Positions 25,461-41,511 are shown, counted from the stretch's first letter. The stretch: DNA of 64,000 bases from Octopus vulgaris (GCA_951406725.2 OX597836.1:6820001-6884000); one strand, 5' to 3'. The notes: generated by a model not told the origin, from the letters alone. Numbers and translations are program-made.

Positions 25461-26570
25461 TAGATATATATACATGTGTACAGAAGCACACAAATATATA
25501 CGCACACACACATACACACACAAGCACGCACGGAAACACACTCTCTTACACATATATAAACACAGACACACAGGCACACACATATATATATATAGATACT
25601 TACATATATTCATATATGGATGTGTGTGTTTGTATGTGTTTGTGTATGTGTGTGTGTACACATATGCATATGACGGGTTTCGTTCAGTTTTCGTTCAGTT
25701 TTCGTCAACCAAGTCCACTTTCAAGACTTTGGTCGATCCTGGGGACTATTTCTTCGACTAAAGGCGGTGCTCCAGTATGACCGCAGTCAAATGACGTTGC
25801 TCCAGTCCACTCAGCTGGAGAAATGAATTTAACCTGCAGAGGGATGGGCTCCGCCGGGCTTTCCGCGCTCAAATCACGTCCCAACGACTTCTAAGGGGTT
25901 AAGGGACTTTGTGCCCTTGTTTCAGGAATTACATCATTCAGTATGTCTTTTGCATTCTTTTTTTTTTTTTGTTTGTTTTTGCATATTTTGCTGTGATTTT
26001 AAGGAGATATAGCTGCTATTTCCTGTCGGCTGTGCCACCATTAAGTGGTTCAATCATGGCATCATTATGACCTTCCTTAATAAACAACGTACTGACTGAT
26101 TAAAGAAAGATACGGTTATTATTTTTAATAGGTCAATCTACCATGTAAACGCTGTTTCGTTGCCTTATTTCAATTCAAAGATAATGGATTCGTCACTGAA
26201 GAAAGATAACATAAATAAAAAGATTTATGTTCAGGTGTTTCAGACGACTTAATTGATTTGATTGGTCGCCATTTTTATTGCAATTTTTTTTTTATTTTGT
26301 TTTGTGATTTTTTTTTTTTTTTTTTGGTCTCTTTTCTTTTCCAAGTATGAATTTATGAATATGTAAATGTTCAGTTTTAGATAGAATCTCACTTCTCCTG
26401 GCATTAAAAAAAACTTGGATGAGACAGAGGCGTTTGTTATGCTCTTGAGAGACTCCCCCCCCCCCCCACGGCCAAACAAAAGACTAGACGAATGGAGAAA
26501 GATCAGTAATTATAGAACTTGACAGAAAATTCATTGACGCAGAAATCATTAGAGAAAGAAACCCCAACAT

Positions 26571-26604
<34 letters not shown>

Positions 26605-26943
26605 GCAGCAATAATAAAAGCAATGATAATTACAATAAAAGTCAGGATACGCGTTTTTATTCTGGGAAATATTTCACAGTTTATGAATGGATTAACTGCA
26701 CAAGTTTCAGCGTCAAGTGATATTATATGCTATAAATAGCAATTTGAGACTGAAATGGGGTTATTTTCTTCTTTTTTGCTGTCCCAAATTGGTATTTATA
26801 ATGTCTAATATTACTTTATATTGAAAATCACAGCTGTACTTTCATATATAATTTCATTCAAAAGGGGGAATAATTCTTATCGTAAATTCGCGAATATCGA
26901 ATCTAGGTGAGACAGCTTATTATTTTTGACGTCCTACATATGG

Positions 26944-27012
26944 ATAGGTAGGTAGGTAGGTAGGTAGGTAGGTAGGTAGGTAGGTAGATAAATAGATAGA
27001 TAGGTAGATAGG

Positions 27013-27059
<47 letters not shown>

Positions 27060-27155
27060 GTAGGTAGGTAGGTAGGCAGGTAGGTAGGTAGGAAGATAGA
27101 GAGACAGATAGATAGATAGATAGATAGGTAGGTAGGTAGGTAGGTAGGTAGATAG

Positions 27156-27220
<65 letters not shown>

Positions 27221-27283
27221 GTAGGTAGGTAGGTAGGTAGGTAGGTAGGTAGGTAGGTAAGTAGGTAGGTAGGTAGGTAGGTA
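26944..27283. repeat. (TAGG)n/(TAGA)n compound tetranucleotide repeat
   Basis: Read directly. Confidence 0.95.
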
Positions 27284-27429
27284 GAAAACAGGTCCTCTGT
27301 CGTTTACGAAGACGAGTGTTCCAGCAGAAACGCGTAACCCTTAACGTAGTTCTCAGGGAGATTCATTGGGACACGGAATGTGGCATACAAGTACAACTCA
27401 TTTTTTACCACCTGAGTATATATATATAT

Positions 27430-27463
<34 letters not shown>

Positions 27464-27832
27464 TTGTTTGCGAGTGTGTGTGTGTGTTTGTATAAGGGTG
27501 TGGATCCTTAAGCCCTCATAGAATCGTATGAGATCTCTCGTGAGATCCAGTGGAACTTGAACATCTTAAGCTTGGAAAATGCTATCCGTCTCCAAGGGTA
27601 AACACAGATTGGTCTTTTTCTTTCTCTTTTATTTTTTTTTCGTTGTCGAAGAAAGTGAGAGAAAGCAGAAGAGTTAGTTAACTTCGGCGTCATTTGAACT
27701 CAAAATATAAACTAAGAATCTCAACGAATACCTGAAAATATTCCAACGGACCCTGCCAAAACGCCTCTTGTATTATTCCTATAAATACCTGTGTGCTTGT
27801 GTGTGTATGTGTGTGTGTGTGTGTGTGTGTGT

Positions 27833-27881
<49 letters not shown>

Positions 27882-28043
27882 CGTACGTGTGCTTGTGTGT
27901 GCCTGTTTCAGTGCATGATGTATTTTCGCTTCATATTTTGCGCTCTTTCGGATTTTGATAAACTTGTCGTATATTGAGCACTTCTTTCATACGCATGTTG
28001 CAAGAGTATGTACTTGTTTCAGCCTACTATCTTCTCTGTGTAT

Positions 28044-28084
<41 letters not shown>

Positions 28085-28306
28085 TATATATATATATACG
28101 TATATATTGTATACACGTATAATTATCGTGTGTACACTTCCTATATCCCCGGAATCAATTCATCGTAATTTTCGTATCGTCATCATCGTCGTCGTCGTCG
28201 TCGTCGTCATAATCATCAACATCATTATAATCATCGCCATAGCCATCATCATTAACATCATCATTATAACATCATCGTTATCATCATCATCATCATCATC
28301 ATTATT

Positions 28307-28364
<58 letters not shown>

Positions 28365-28446
28365 CCATCATTGCAGCTATTGTCACTATTCACTATTGTT
28401 TTCGGGACCATCAATGTCATGATTATTGTATTCTCATCAAACAAAT

Positions 28447-28551
<105 letters not shown>

Positions 28552-29110
28552 TAGAATCTTCAATGAAAACTCGCACAAAAGATTATCTTATCTTTCTCTT
28601 TAGAAAATAACCTCAACCAGCGCCGCCACCACCACCAGCTTAACCTCCGCCATCACCACCACCACCAATACCATGACCATCACCACCAATAAACCTTTTA
28701 TTTCAATCCACTTGACACTGTGAAACTCGCCAGTTTTCGGAATAATGCCGAAATGTCATAAAAAGAAATATGGCTGCCGCTGATAACAATGTCGCTTCTA
28801 TTTCTTATCTATTGTACTATATTACTCCACCGACGGCACCCCCCTCGCCCTCCCCCCCACGCCGCTCCTTCCTCCGCCCGGCCAGGTTTTAGAAACGGAG
28901 CGGGGGAGCGGGAGGGGTGGGTGGTTGATGGGGGGGAGGGGGAGGTGGGGGGGGGGGGTTGCGTGTTGTTCGTAGTGAAAACTATCAATCGATTCGTTTC
29001 GATCTCCTGGAAATATCGCCGCCTTTTTCACCAAGCGTGGCGCATGAATACGGAGGATTGGACGGTGGTTCTGTTGGGGATGGAGGCGGTGGTGGTGATG
29101 GTGGTGGTGT

Positions 29111-29142
<32 letters not shown>

Positions 29143-29930
29143 TAGTAGTTGTTGTGGCAGTGGTGGTTAGTGTTGGTGATGGTGATGGTGGTGGTGGTGG
29201 CATTAGTATTGTTGTTGTTGGTGGTGGTGATGGTGGCAGTGATGGTGGTGGGGCTGCTGCTGCTGTTGGTATTTGGTGATGGTTGTGGTGGTGGTGGTGG
29301 TGGTGGTGGTGGTGGTGGTGGTGGTGGCGGCGACGGTAGGTTTGTGGTGGTAGTGGTGCTGGTGCTGTTGGTGGTGGCAGCGGCGAGGTTGTGAGAGTAG
29401 TGGTGGCGGTTGCATGGTGGATTAATGTCGTCGCCATAACGATGGTCGTGGTGACGATGGTGATAATGATGGTGGTTGTGACGGTGGTAGTGTTGGTGGT
29501 CGTCATTGTGGTCGTCGTCATCGTCGTCATCGTCATCGTATCATTGTCGATGTTGGTGTCAGCGTTATTGGAAAGATGGTGGAGAAGGTTAAGCAGCCTT
29601 AATTATTGAAAATATGTCTTTTTCTGTCAGCCATTGCTATCGTCACTCTTCATCGCCGCCATATTTAAACTCTGTCAAGTTATAAAACAAATCAACTATA
29701 AAGGGCATTCCTCACTCGTTAAAGCGAGCTTTTTGTTACTTCGTTTATCAATTGTCATTTTTGTTGTTGCTGTGTGGTTGTTCTTGCTGTTGTTGTTCTT
29801 GTTGTTGTTGTTGCTGGCGTTGTTGTTGGTGTTGTTCTTGTTGTTGTTGATACCGTTAGCTTCGATCTGGTATGGATATCTTATTCAAAGATATTCGCAT
29901 TCTTTTGACAAAACATTTACTTTCCACATG

Positions 29931-29975
<45 letters not shown>

Positions 29976-30109
29976 TTATATATCCATTTATCTCCCTCTC
30001 TTGCTCTCTTTTTCTTTCAGTCTCAAAATCCCCCACACACATACACACACACGACTATGGATACATACGCACATACTTACATGCGCGTGCACACACATAC
30101 ATGTTTATA

Positions 30110-30158
<49 letters not shown>

Positions 30159-30201
30159 GAGAGAGAGAGAGAGAGAGAGAGATGTATGTATCTATGCATG
30201 T

Positions 30202-30242
<41 letters not shown>

Positions 30243-30244
30243 TA

Positions 30245-30631
30245 GTCTTTTATTCCTTTACTCGTTTATTTGCTTGAGTCATTTGACTGTGGCCATACTG
30301 TAGCACAGCCTTTATTTGAACAAATCGACACGAGGACTTATTCTTTGTAGTTGAAGACATTTGGCCAAGGTGCCGCGCATTGGGAGTGAACCCGGTACCA
30401 TGTGGTTGGAAAGAACGCTTCTTACCACACAGCCACTCCTGCTCCTATAAAGCCACTCCTGCACCTATACATACATACATACCTACATACAAACATACAT
30501 ACAAACACACTTATTCCATCGGTTCTTTTTGCTGAACCGCAAAGTAAAGTGAACGTAAACATACCAACATCGGTTCTCAAGCGATGGTGTTGGGATGAGA
30601 CAAACACAGAATCACAAACATACACACACAC

Positions 30632-30692
<61 letters not shown>

Positions 30693-30845
30693 GCTTCTTT
30701 CAGTTTCCGTGTACAGAATCCACTCACAAAGCTTTGGTCGGCTCGAGGCTATAGGAGAAGACACTTGGTCAAGGTGTCATGCAGTGGGACTGAAACCCGG
30801 AAACTATGTGGTTGGGAAGAAATCTTACCACACACCTACGCCCGC
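30245..30845 (-). mobile_element. Composite/rearranged SINE family A copies
   Basis: Two heads (ending ~30440 and ~30845) with shared core and tail blocks on the minus strand. Confidence 0.8.
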
Positions 30846-30910
30846 GTCTATATATATATATATATATATATGTAGATAGATACATAGATAGATAGATAGA
30901 TAGATAGATT

Positions 30911-30964
<54 letters not shown>

Positions 30965-31213
30965 GAGATAGAGAGATATAGATAAAGATATAGATATATA
31001 TATATACTTATACGCACACGCACACATGCGTATATAAATATGCATATATACATATGTTTGTGTATGCACATATATAAATACCTATACATAATTACAATTA
31101 TACCTATATATATATATATATATATATACAAGGTGGGGTGCTGTAAAGTTATAAATATGCATATATGCACGTATATCTGTCTGTCACTGTATATATATAT
31201 ATACATGTTTGTG

Positions 31214-31316
<103 letters not shown>

Positions 31317-31432
31317 ATATATATATATGTATATATATAAGTTCAGCAAAAATTTAGATTCAAATGAATATGCTACTAAATTTAGATGCACCAGAATTCT
31401 GTATGGTGTTATCAATAAAAATCCGTGGGGTG

Positions 31433-31511
<79 letters not shown>

Positions 31512-31795
31512 GTATGTATGTATTGCTGGCCAGAGAGAGGGATCGGGAGAAGATACAGAGTAAGATGCAGAAGTGCGTGAGATGCGTGAAGTTTGCGATG
31601 CCGTCGGGAAACGACTGCTCTGACGTCACAGGAGTAATCCTCTGAGAGGGAAAGAGGAAAACGATTCTCGCTCCCTGAGATGAAAGGTCAATATCGATGG
31701 CCCAAACGCTCAGATTCGTCATGTCCCTACGGCATACTCAGGGAACTTCAGAAATTGCAGCACATACATGCACACACACACACACATCATACGTT

Positions 31796-31870
<75 letters not shown>

Positions 31871-31882
31871 ATATGTATATAT

Positions 31883-31914
<32 letters not shown>

Positions 31915-31924
31915 ATATGTATAT

Positions 31925-31956
<32 letters not shown>

Positions 31957-32469
31957 ATATGCAGGTATGTATATATATATATATACGCATACACACAGAT
32001 GCACCCGACGACTTTTCTAAATGTGCGTATATTGTGTGTTTATGTGTGTGAGCATATCTGTGTGCTTGTCTGTGTGTGTGTGTGTATGTGTGAGTCTGTG
32101 TGCAGGCGCACGTCTGTATGTCTGTGTGTCTATGTGTGTGTAACTTTATGTCTGTGTGTCTGTGTGTCAGTGTGCCTCTGTGTATGTGTGTATATGTGTG
32201 TGTGTGTGTTAATGAAAGTTTTATTAAGTGAAGTATATCGAATATCTGCTAATGAAACTGTTAGCATAGTTCAATTTGTTATAAATCGAGGGTTCTATGC
32301 CACCCAGAGTTTCGGTTCCTCCGGTTTATCAATGCCGTAGCACGCGCACAAGCTGGCATGTACATACACGTATTCGTAATATGTGTGCGTTTGTATGTAC
32401 ATATGGGTATGTGCATATATGCATGTGTGTGTTTACAATGTATATGTATATTTACGCATATATATATAC

Positions 32470-32501
<32 letters not shown>

Positions 32502-32550
32502 TTATATACATATATATATACATACATATATATACATATATATATAAATA

Positions 32551-32583
<33 letters not shown>

Positions 32584-32733
32584 ATGTATGTACATGTGTA
32601 CGTGTATATGTCTGTATGTATATATATGCCCGTTTTAATAATAGTTTGTGTGTGCATACAAATATCCAATAAATCTGTATATATCCTAATAAATGTGTAT
32701 AAATATACATATGTATATACGTACTTATGTGCG

Positions 32734-32766
<33 letters not shown>

Positions 32767-32776
32767 TATAAGCTTA

Positions 32777-32839
<63 letters not shown>

Positions 32840-32913
32840 TAGATAGATAGATAGATGATGGATAAATACATACATATATATATATATATAGATACATATG
32901 CACACAGATATGT

Positions 32914-32965
<52 letters not shown>

Positions 32966-33494
32966 ATAGATATGAGATACAGAGGTCGTAAAATGGCGTT
33001 GTGTGAATGTTTGTTTTCGCGCCTGTTCATGTACTTTTCGATGCTATGTCGGCGTTTCTGTAAAGCCTGAATTTACGCATAAGCGCACGTGTCTACGATT
33101 CTCACTACGTATGTGTTCTGGGTTTATTTCCATCCATTCCGGCAGATTTGGTTCATGCCTGAAAGACCGAATGCTTTTGATATTGTTGCATATCCCACAG
33201 GAAGATTATAAACCGTGAATATATCCCGGTGAGACATGTGCGCTGTTGTTGTTGCTGTTTGTGTTGGTGGTTGTGTTTGTGGTGGTGGTGGTGGTGGTGG
33301 TGGTGGTGGTGGTGGTGGTGGTGGTGGTGGTGGTGGTGGTGGTGGTGGTTGTGGCGGCGTTGGCGGTTGGAGAGGACCCGTTGCTGCTTCCTTGTAGATT
33401 GCGTTGGGGAAATAGTTTGGTATCCATGGTGATTATATATACAAACAATAATTCCTTATCAGATATTCACAAATCAGCTATGTGCAATAGATAG

Positions 33495-33525
<31 letters not shown>

Positions 33526-33992
33526 TACACACTCGCACGTGCACACGGTCGCACGCGCGCACAAAAATACACACATACACACACACATGCACGCACGCTC
33601 ACACTCACACACATTTACATACTGCCACACACGCTCACGCACACACATACAACACTCACGTACTCATACATACACACGCACGCGAGCTTACACGCACATA
33701 CATACACAAACACGAATACGCATACGAACACTCATACTTACAGACACATTCGCACATACATACACACCCGCGCACAAAATACCACACGCATGCGCAAACA
33801 CGTACGCTCAGTCATACGCGCACTTCTAAATGCCGCAAACACACACCCATCTAAAATACACAGAAAATTTCTACGGACACTCTACCGCCTATAATATATG
33901 TATTAAGGCAAGCGTCCCACGCTCAGCCTGGTTGCACTCATTAACTTTCATCGTTGCATGTGCACGGGTGTCAATCGCCATAGGACTTTATA

Positions 33993-34204
33993 TAGGGTGC
34001 GGCAGAAATACCTCCCACATTTTAAAATTTTCACCTATGTGTCACTAATGAACTTATGCAAGTGCCAATGATGTTTTCATTTAGCTAATGAACAAAAACT
34101 GTAACCCTTTGTTTAAACAACAATAAAATGAATTTTTCATAAATGCTTTTTCTTTTTCCTTTTGTTAACCTTTCAAATGTGGGAGGTATTTCTGCCGCAC
34201 ACTA
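33993..34204. mobile_element. Tc1/mariner-type MITE (~212 bp)
   Basis: 30-bp TIRs TAGGGTGCGGCAGAAATACCTCCCACATTT / AAATGTGGGAGGTATTTCTGCCGCACACTA (1 mismatch), flanked by TA on both sides. Confidence 0.85.
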
Positions 34205-34249
34205 TAAAATACAAAACGGATCCAGAAATGAAACGAATATTGAGACATC

Positions 34250-34470
34250 TGTAGGTCATTGGATTTAAGTGACTAAAGTCTGTACAACACATAGTTCTTA
34301 CCAACCACATGCAAGGTAGATAATTAAGATTTTCTAATAATACTCACTATCATCTGCATATATATTTCTTTTATCTCCAAATCCCGTACAATCTCGTGAA
34401 GTTTGGTGTATTCTTCTCTAAGATGGAGACGGGTACCAACTTTCCTGGGTGACAGGCTTGAAAACTGTTA
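34250..34470 (-). mobile_element. Possible CR1/L2-type RT remnant
   Basis: PVTQES (GVPQGS-like) followed by IYADDSEY on the minus strand, with frameshifts. Confidence 0.3.
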
Positions 34471-35100
34471 AGATATTTCCCTTCACATGAAACCATTAGT
34501 AACCTTGTAAACCCACAAATACATAAAGAACATTTATCCACCAATGTGATGTTGAACTCACATTCTCACTCTTTGATATTAGTGCACACACATACACACA
34601 TTCACACATATATATATGTGTGTGTATATATATATACATATATGCATATATATGCACACACACATACACATAACCCCCCACACACACACACACACACATA
34701 TATATGCCGAAACATACACAGTTATACAATTAGGCATCTCCCATCGCCTAATTAAGCAATTTATATCTACACATATTTACACAGAGAGTACTGTAGGTAA
34801 AAGTACGCATACACTACGGAGACACACAGACACACACAAACACAAACACACACACACACACACGTACACACACACACTAAACATACATTGCACATACATT
34901 AACACGTCCATCTTACGCACATCTACATAATTAGCGATAGAGATTTGGAGAAGTGTGCGCGGATCAATTAGATAGAAATATGCACTCACATACACATATA
35001 CACATGCATAATTGCATACATACGTATATATTCTTACATACTTGCATTCATATACATATATATATACAAATATATATATAAATATATATACATATAAACA

Positions 35101-35140
<40 letters not shown>

Positions 35141-35467
35141 AGCACACATGTATTCATACATACGCATATATACATATATGCATTCTTTCATTGATACATT
35201 CATGCATACATATATGTACATACACTCATGTATTCTAACATTCATACATATAATATATATATATATACATACACATAAATATATGTGTATTTGCATGTGT
35301 ATATGTGTGTGTGTGCACGCGTCGTATGTGTGTATATACATGTGTGTGTATACATGCACTCATACGTACATAGGCATCCAGACATTCATGCATATATTCA
35401 CACATACATGCTTAGATTCATGCACACACACACACACACATATACATATATAGATAGATAGATAGAC

Positions 35468-35520
<53 letters not shown>

Positions 35521-35607
35521 TAGATAGATAGATACATACATACATACATTCATACGTACATATATATCCATACATTCAGGCCTATATTCATACATACTTA
35601 AATTCAT

Positions 35608-35642
<35 letters not shown>

Positions 35643-36422
35643 GAGAGAGAGATAGATAGATAGATAGATAGATAGATACATACATACATACATACATACA
35701 TACATACATACATACATACATACATACATACATACATGCATTCATACATTCATACTTACATATATATCCATAAGTTCATACATATATATACATATATGCA
35801 TACGTACATTTTTACATACATACATATAAACATACATAGATGCCATTGCACAGCACCAAGCTAGACACATTTACACGTATCTGCAGCGCATATATTCACA
35901 TTTAAATCAATGGTGATGGCGACAGAATATTCGAGAATCGTGTGGATTAATTAGATAGAAACGGTCAAATTTAGCGGTTGTTTATTGGTTTAAAAATCAC
36001 AGTTGTTGGCAATAAGATGTGTGATAGATTTGTCACTCTGGGGAGCGGCGGTGTGATGTGTTGTGTGGCAAATGGCTTGGTGTGGCGTGAGGTAACGTGG
36101 AGTGAGTGTGGTTTCGTACGGTGTGGAGTAGAATTATCCGGTTGGGTATGGTAGGTTATACAGTATGACATGGTGTGATGTTGTATGGTGCACTTTAAAG
36201 AGTGATGGTGATGTGTGAAGAGTGGTGTAACGGAATAATGGTTTGTAGTTATCGTCGTTATTGCTGTTGACTATTTTCCTTTTTCTTATGCTTCTATTTC
36301 TTCTTGCGTTATTTTGTTTAGCCCTGGGATAACTCTGAGGGAGCGGACCTCTGATAAAGCATATAGGTTCCAGCAGTGACCATTTCGTCTTTAACCACAT
36401 TTTCTAACATGCTCTTTTCTAG

Positions 36423-36544
36423 AGTTCAGTCCCACTGGGTGGCACCTTGGGCAAGTGCCTTTAAAGGTAGCCTCGGGCCGACCAAAGCCTTGTGAGTGGA
36501 TTTGGTAGACAGAAACTGAAAGAATCCCATCGTATATATGTATA

Positions 36545-36620
<76 letters not shown>

Positions 36621-36822
36621 TGTGTTTGTCCCCCCAACATCGCTTGACAAACGATGGTGGTGTGTTTACGTCCCAGTAACTTAGCTGTTCGGCAAAAGAG
36701 ACTGATAGAATAAGTACTAGGCTTGCAAAGAATAAGCCCTGTGGTCGATTTGTTCGACTAAAGGTGGTGCTCCAGTAAGACCGCACTCAAATGACGGAAG
36801 AGAGTAAAAGAATAAAAGAATA
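36423..36822 (+). mobile_element. SINE family A, near full length
   Basis: Core, internal microsatellite, 3' body and AAAAGAATAAAAGAATA tail. Confidence 0.9.
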
Positions 36823-37159
36823 GAGTGAGAAAATTTTCACATTAGGGGCATTTGCCTGCTATTTCTAGCATTTCACTCGACCATGTTATGACCCCCTCAG
36901 TGACTCGTGAGGCGCCGTGTTTTGGTGCGGTGCGATGTGGAAAGAGATTCAGTAGAAACTATTGTATTCTGTCATAGCTGCAGCTGTTTAACCTTACGTT
37001 AACCGTTATCAGACACAATGATACTCAAAGGCATTCCAGCCGTAGCCATCCTGCCTCTTTTGTGTACCTAGGACTACAATGCCTGAGTTGTAACACATTT
37101 TATTTGTGAGACGGTAATTGCAACTAAGAAAAATTCGACATCTGTTTCGAACAGATAAA

Positions 37160-37245
37160 CACTCACAACGCCCGGAGTGATATTCGAAACCGCGATCCTA
37201 CGATCGCGAGTCCGCTGCCCTAAACACTGGGCCATTACGCCTCTA
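37160..37245 (-). mobile_element. tRNA-derived SINE head (distinct family)
   Basis: Reverse complement GGCGTAATGGCCCAGTGTTTAGGGCAGCGGACTCGCGATCGTAGGATCGCGGTTTCGAAT shows A and B boxes but no tRNA 3' acceptor stem. Confidence 0.65.
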
Positions 37246-37443
37246 CATATATAGTCTTTTTTCATAGCATTTTTCCGATGGCCGGATAACAGAACAGATG
37301 GCGGCGTGGATTTCCACCTCGGCATCCGAAACTCGGAGTTTTATGATGGCTACCGAATAATTGTCACATATTACATTTACAGACATATATATATATATAT
37401 ATATACATATATATGTGTTTATACATATATACATACTTGTATG

Positions 37444-37507
<64 letters not shown>

Positions 37508-37626
37508 TGTATATATACATATATATAGATATTTTATATAAATATATATGTACATGTATATATATATGTATATATATATGTACATATATATGTGCATATA
37601 CATATGTATGTATATATATATGTGCA

Positions 37627-37676
<50 letters not shown>

Positions 37677-38461
37677 TATATATATATATACGCACACATA
37701 GGAATTTAAGGTATAGTGTATAGTATACATTTGTCTGTGTGTGTGGAGTTTTATATAACGCTATGTGTGTATAATATAAGTGGTTCTGTAATAGCGTGTG
37801 AAGTATTTTTATGGAATGGTGTGTATGTGTGACGCGGTGTATATATATATGTGTGTATGTGTGTGTGTATGTGTGTGTGCGTGCGTGTATGTGTGTGTGT
37901 ATATATATATAAATGGAGGGATGTGTAGGGGTAGAGGTAAATGTATCTACAGCGGTGTGATGAATTGAAGAATGGTGTGTATCGGTGTGTATGGCCGAGT
38001 GTATATAAGACAATATGCGGCGAGAGGAGGAGGTGGACGTGGATGAGGTAGAGGAGGAGGAGATGGGGTTTTAATGTGTCTGGAATGTTATGGTACGTGT
38101 GTGAGATATCGTTTTTGTGTGTGCGTCTGCGTGTGAAGACATATGAAGCTTTATGCGTGACGTGAGTGTGCTGTGTGTGTGTGTGCGTGTGTGTGTGTGA
38201 GTGTGTGTGTGTGTGTATGTGTGTGTGTATGTGTGTGTGTGTGTGTGTTATATTGGGTGAGTTCTACGGCTATTAGAATGCCAGACGCAAATTGCCAAAT
38301 TTTATGCAATAGTGGGAGTAATGATGGCAATAAATGGCCAAGATAGAATTATTTCTCTTGAAAACCATCGTAAAATGGTAAATCTTTTTATAATACCAGA
38401 ATTGTCTGCTTCCTATAAACACTTAGACGCACACCCATCCAACCACCCATCCAAACATCCA

Positions 38462-38504
<43 letters not shown>

Positions 38505-38780
38505 CACACGCATGCATGTATCCAGATGCTCAAACTTAATAATATATCCACGCGGACGTTTACACGCTGATTCATATCCACAAAAATATTTGTGGGATAT
38601 GAATGAGTGTATATATATGTACGTGAATGCGGAATTTACGTGTATTACAGCATGGTTATGTATGTATGTATATGTTTATATCTGTACATGCACGTGTGCG
38701 CGTGTGTTGTACTTTAACATGCAATGTGTCTACTTCTCTCTCTATATATATATACATATTTATACACATATATATATATT

Positions 38781-38853
<73 letters not shown>

Positions 38854-38864
38854 TTATATATATA

Positions 38865-38918
<54 letters not shown>

Positions 38919-39002
38919 TACAGACACAAACGCGCATATATTTATATACATATACATCTGTACATATATGTATGTGTATGTATGCATGTACATATGTATG
39001 TG

Positions 39003-39120
<118 letters not shown>

Positions 39121-39609
39121 CAGACAGACACATACATACATACATATATATACATACATACATACATACATACATACATACATACATACATACATACATA
39201 CATACATTCATACATACATACATACATAGATCGATAGATAGATAAATGGGTTTAGCCAAGGTGATTGTAAAGATATAAAATTTCGCCTGTTAACATTAAA
39301 ATGAGCATTCAAATCAAATAAAGACAGTTTTAGTGAAGCAAAAGTTACATAAATTCTTGTACATTGATAGCATTAAATGGAAAGCAAGCGGAAGTATGGC
39401 CGTGCGATAGAGAAAGACCTTTTGCTAACCACGTGGCTTCGCTTTCGCTACCACTTCACGCCACATTGAGCATGTCCTGTATGATAAGTAACCACGGGAG
39501 CGCATAAGGAGTAATAGCTGATGGTGTAATGAAAACGTGTGGCGGACATTTTGTATATATGTACGTAAGTGTGCGTGTATATATAAATATATATGTATTA
39601 ATACACACA

Positions 39610-39687
<78 letters not shown>

Positions 39688-39710
39688 CGTATATATGCGC
39701 ATATATGTAA

Positions 39711-39960
39711 AGGCGCGTGGCTTAGTGGTTAGTACATTCGGCTTACGATTGTAAGGTCGTGTGTTCAATTTCCGGCGACGCGTTGTGTCCTTGAGCAAGA
39801 CACTTTATTTCACGTTGCTCCAGTCCACTAAGCTGGCAAAACGTACTTGGACCTGTATTTCAAAGGGCCGGCCTCGTCACACTCTTTGTCACGCTGACTC
39901 TCCCCCGAGAACTACGTTAGGGGTACATGTGTCTGTGGAATGCTCAGTCACGTTGATCGT
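39711..39960 (+). mobile_element. tRNA-derived SINE family C
   Basis: GGCGCGTGGCTTAGTGGTTAG...GTTCAATT...GTGTCCTTGAGCAAGACACTT...; its 3' body also occurs at 27290-27417 (-). Confidence 0.85.
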
Positions 39961-39991
<31 letters not shown>

Positions 39992-40187
39992 TTCATGTGT
40001 GTGGGTACATTTATATATAGACGGAGGTACCTAACACAACAAAGCTTTTACATGTTACTTTTAACAATCTTTTTCTAAAAAAGTGAAACCGGTCAAGTGA
40101 ATAAACATCTTTTAAAATTGCATTTTCAAACCTTCTTTCATATATAATTCCACTCGTGCGGTACCTTACAACTTCACTTTGTTATGT

Positions 40188-40255
<68 letters not shown>

Positions 40256-40584
40256 TGTGAGAGCAAGGTGTCAGTAAGAGAGGGATTATATTGACTCTGT
40301 GTGAATACGGAGGTCTAATATAATCATCTCCAAAGTTGTCTGTATAGTAAATAATAGTGAAAAACCCTCGCTACATTTGAAATGTACAGCGTTTTCTATG
40401 TTCCCCTCTAAATGGACTACGCCTGGAAAATAATGTAAGACTACACTTCACTGTATGTAACTTAAGCAGAAGGCACATGTATTTACGCACACACACACAT
40501 ACACACACACACACACACTCACACATACGTATGTATATATCTATATGAATGTACGTACGTTCCTGTGTACGTATATTTACTTTT

Positions 40585-40900
40585 AAGTACGCAAAGACCT
40601 ACATTACCTTCAAGGATCACAAGCCTCTTTATGTTTTATCAGAGCCAAAAATTATAGATTTATAAATCCCACAACAAAGAAAGGAATGAACTCAACATAG
40701 TTAGCATGCACGTTCTTTCATCCATAAAATCAAAGATCAAACATGCCATGAAATTACAGCTATGGAACAGCAGCAGCGACATAATTAAGTGACTCGATAA
40801 AAGTTATTCACGCAATTCTACATAATAGAATGTATCCATAAATCACAATATCCCTCCACCAAATGAGCTTAAATTTCAGTAAATATTCACCAGCCGTTTG
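40585..40900 (+). mobile_element. Penelope-like element RT fragment
   Basis: TYITFKDHKP...YRFINPT...ELNIVSMHVLSSIKSKIKHAMKLQLWNSSSDIIK matches the PLE RT N-terminal motifs (ITLKDHK, RLINP, QW). Confidence 0.75.
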
Positions 40901-41511
40901 TGATGCAAGAGAAGCCAAACCTAGAGATGTTAATAAATGCACCACCTTTCTTCTTTGCCCTAGAAGAAGCGGTCGAGGAACCAGAGTGACGCGTTTCCAT
41001 GTGTAGTACGTCTGTGCAGGTTTATGAGTGAGTATGTATGTTGGTTGAATTTGTATTTATGCAGATGATTGTATGAATGCGTTTGTGTACCTGTATGCGC
41101 AAGCTTGAACGTTTACGTATGTTTATAATAATTGCTAAGACCATAATGTTTTTCTTTTTTTTTTTTTTGATGATACCTTCAGAGTACAAAGAAAAAAATT
41201 ACCTACTATTTTAGAGCCACGTGGGAGTATTCTATTGCACCGAAGTTTGCGATTAATCAATCATATTTTACAATTTAGAATAACATTGTAAAAATTGTTC
41301 TAAATATTTTTTGCAAGAAATAAAAAAGCAAGGAGTAACAAAAAACAGTTGGGTAAGTGAAAACCCTCTTCAAGAAATGAGCTGTACAGACACAACGGGC
41401 AGAGAGCCTTTTACTATATGGATGGTCTCAGATTGGGCAAATTTAGATAAGAAATCTAAAATATAAAATACTCCCAGAACCGAACTGAAGGTCATCACGT
41501 TTTATATACCA

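Noticed and set aside
31675-31713. Hammerhead-like GGUCA/UGGCC stem with CAAACGCUC
   Set aside because: Both core strands are altered and stem I is at most 2 bp; not distinguishable from chance by eye
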